Shown: positions 63,288 to 64,000 of the stretch, in pieces | Position numbering within the stretch: position 1 is the stretch's first letter | Layout of the letters: every line of letters starts with the position of its first letter | Assembly: GCA_934636435.1 (NCBI GenBank) | Contig: CAKUAQ010000001.1 | Coordinates: forward strand, 12,732 to 76,731 | Direction: 5' to 3' | DNA from: an uncultured Eubacteriales bacterium | Lineage (GTDB): Bacteria; Bacillota; Clostridia; Oscillospirales; Acutalibacteraceae | DNA: 64,000 bases | Notes under the pieces: generated by a model | What the model saw: the letters and a program-made list of their open reading frames with translations, nothing else | Told to the model about the DNA's origin: nothing | Databases searched by the model: none | Made by a program: the position numbers and the translations under genes

Positions 63288-64000
63288 ATGGCGGACGAGC
63301 GGATTTTAGCCACGCAGACACAGCCGGCGGACACGCGGCCGGTGCTGCTGCGTATGGAAAATATCGAAAAGGCATTTCCGGGCGTCAAGGCGCTGGACGG
63401 CGTGAGTCTGACGGTCAAGGCCGGCACGGTACACGCGCTGATGGGGGAAAACGGCGCCGGTAAATCCACCCTGATGAAGTGCCTGTTCGGGGTGTATTCC
63501 AAGGACGGCGGCCGGATTTTCCTGGAGGGACAGGAGGTCAGCTTCCGGAATTCCCGGGAGGCGCTGGAGAACGGCGTAGCCATGGTGCATCAGGAGCTGA
63601 ATCAGGCGCTCAAGCGCAGCGTCATGGACAATATGTGGCTGGGACGGTTCCCCACGGTGGCGAGGGGAGTGCCGCTGACCAGCGAAAAGAAGATGTACAC
63701 CGCCACCAAAGAGGTCTTTGACCGGCTGGGGATCGTGGTGGACCCCAAGACCATCATGAGCAAGATGCCGGTCTCTCAGCGGCAGATGGTGGAGATCGCC
63801 AAGGCGGTCTCCTATCAGGCCAAGGTGATCGTATTCGACGAGCCCACCTCCTCGCTGACCGAGGAAGAGGTGGAGCATCTGTTCCGCATCATTCGTATGT
63901 TGCGGGATGAGGGATGCGGGATCATTTATATCTCCCATAAAATGAAAGAAATTCTGGAGATCTCCGATGAAGTGACCATCATGCGGGACGGCCGGTGGGT
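63288..64000 (+). CDS. mglA: Galactose/methyl-galactoside ABC transporter ATP-binding protein (5' part, runs off the window)
   Basis: My own translation from ATG 63288 after AGGAGA: ...[51 protein letters not shown]...MVHQELN...[12 protein letters not shown]...[12 protein letters not shown]. Closely parallels E. coli MglA. Confidence 0.85.
   Translation, partial: MADERILATQTQPADTRPVLLRMENIEKAFPGVKALDGVSLTVKAGTVHALMGENGAGKSTLMKCLFGVYSKDGGRIFLEGQEVSFRNSREALENGVAMVHQELNQALKRSVMDNMWLGRFPTVARGVPLTSEKKMYTATKEVFDRLGIVVDPKTIMSKMPVSQRQMVEIAKAVSYQAKVIVFDEPTSSLTEEEVEHLFRIIRMLRDEGCGIIYISHKMKEILEISDEVTIMRDGRW

Overview
High-GC chromosomal segment that looks like an anaerobic Firmicute of the Clostridia type. 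This is inferred from CCA-encoded tRNAs, a T-box leader, Rex, AdhE, [FeFe]-hydrogenases, PduL and lipoprotein-type ABC binding proteins. All calls rest on reading the supplied translations and the DNA; no database search was possible.

Gene order:
(1) 0.1-17.7 kb: a glycan-utilisation locus. It holds a secreted protein of unknown function, two CUT1-type sugar permeases, a large lipoprotein binding protein, two paralogous right-handed beta-helix (pectate-lyase-fold) enzymes, a WbsX/GH99-like protein, a metallophosphoesterase, a 970-aa glycoside-hydrolase-like protein and a 1063-aa internally duplicated surface protein.
(2) 17.9-20.9 kb: a glycosidase C-terminal relic, an amidohydrolase and a LysR regulator.
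(3) 21.0-30.0 kb: one tightly packed operon, rex-adhE-(APH-fold kinase)-2x thioredoxin-like [2Fe-2S] ferredoxin-sensory [FeFe]-hydrogenase HydS-PP2C/SpoIIE phosphatase-catalytic [FeFe]-hydrogenase. A Rex-type palindrome lies upstream and terminators lie downstream.
(4) 30.4-31.4 kb: tRNA-Val, then a tRNA-Lys/tRNA-Glu/5S rRNA/tRNA-Asn unit with near-consensus promoters.
(5) 31.7-33.0 kb: a maltose-O-acetyltransferase-like gene interrupted by an in-frame TAG, and pduL.
(6) 33.2-49.1 kb: a rhamnose-polysaccharide locus. It holds rfbABDC and an RgpA-like DUF1972 glycosyltransferase, then a markedly AT-richer insert with GT2, Wzy-like, GT2, sulfotransferase-like, Wzx and GT4 genes, then a choline module (wHTH-LicC-LicA fusion, LicC, BCCT transporter).
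(7) 49.3-64 kb: a KdgK-like kinase, a MATE exporter with a leader hairpin, ychF flanked by an integrase relic and an IS3 relic, mnmE, an SGNH hydrolase, an orphan CARF/Card1-like protein, a Trp-type T-box controlling a TrpXYZ-like ABC importer, and mglB-mglA.

The most system-like observations are the rex-adhE-kinase-HydS-phosphatase-hydrogenase operon and the stand-alone CARF/nuclease-fold gene. Many long antisense ORFs in the track are GC-driven artefacts.
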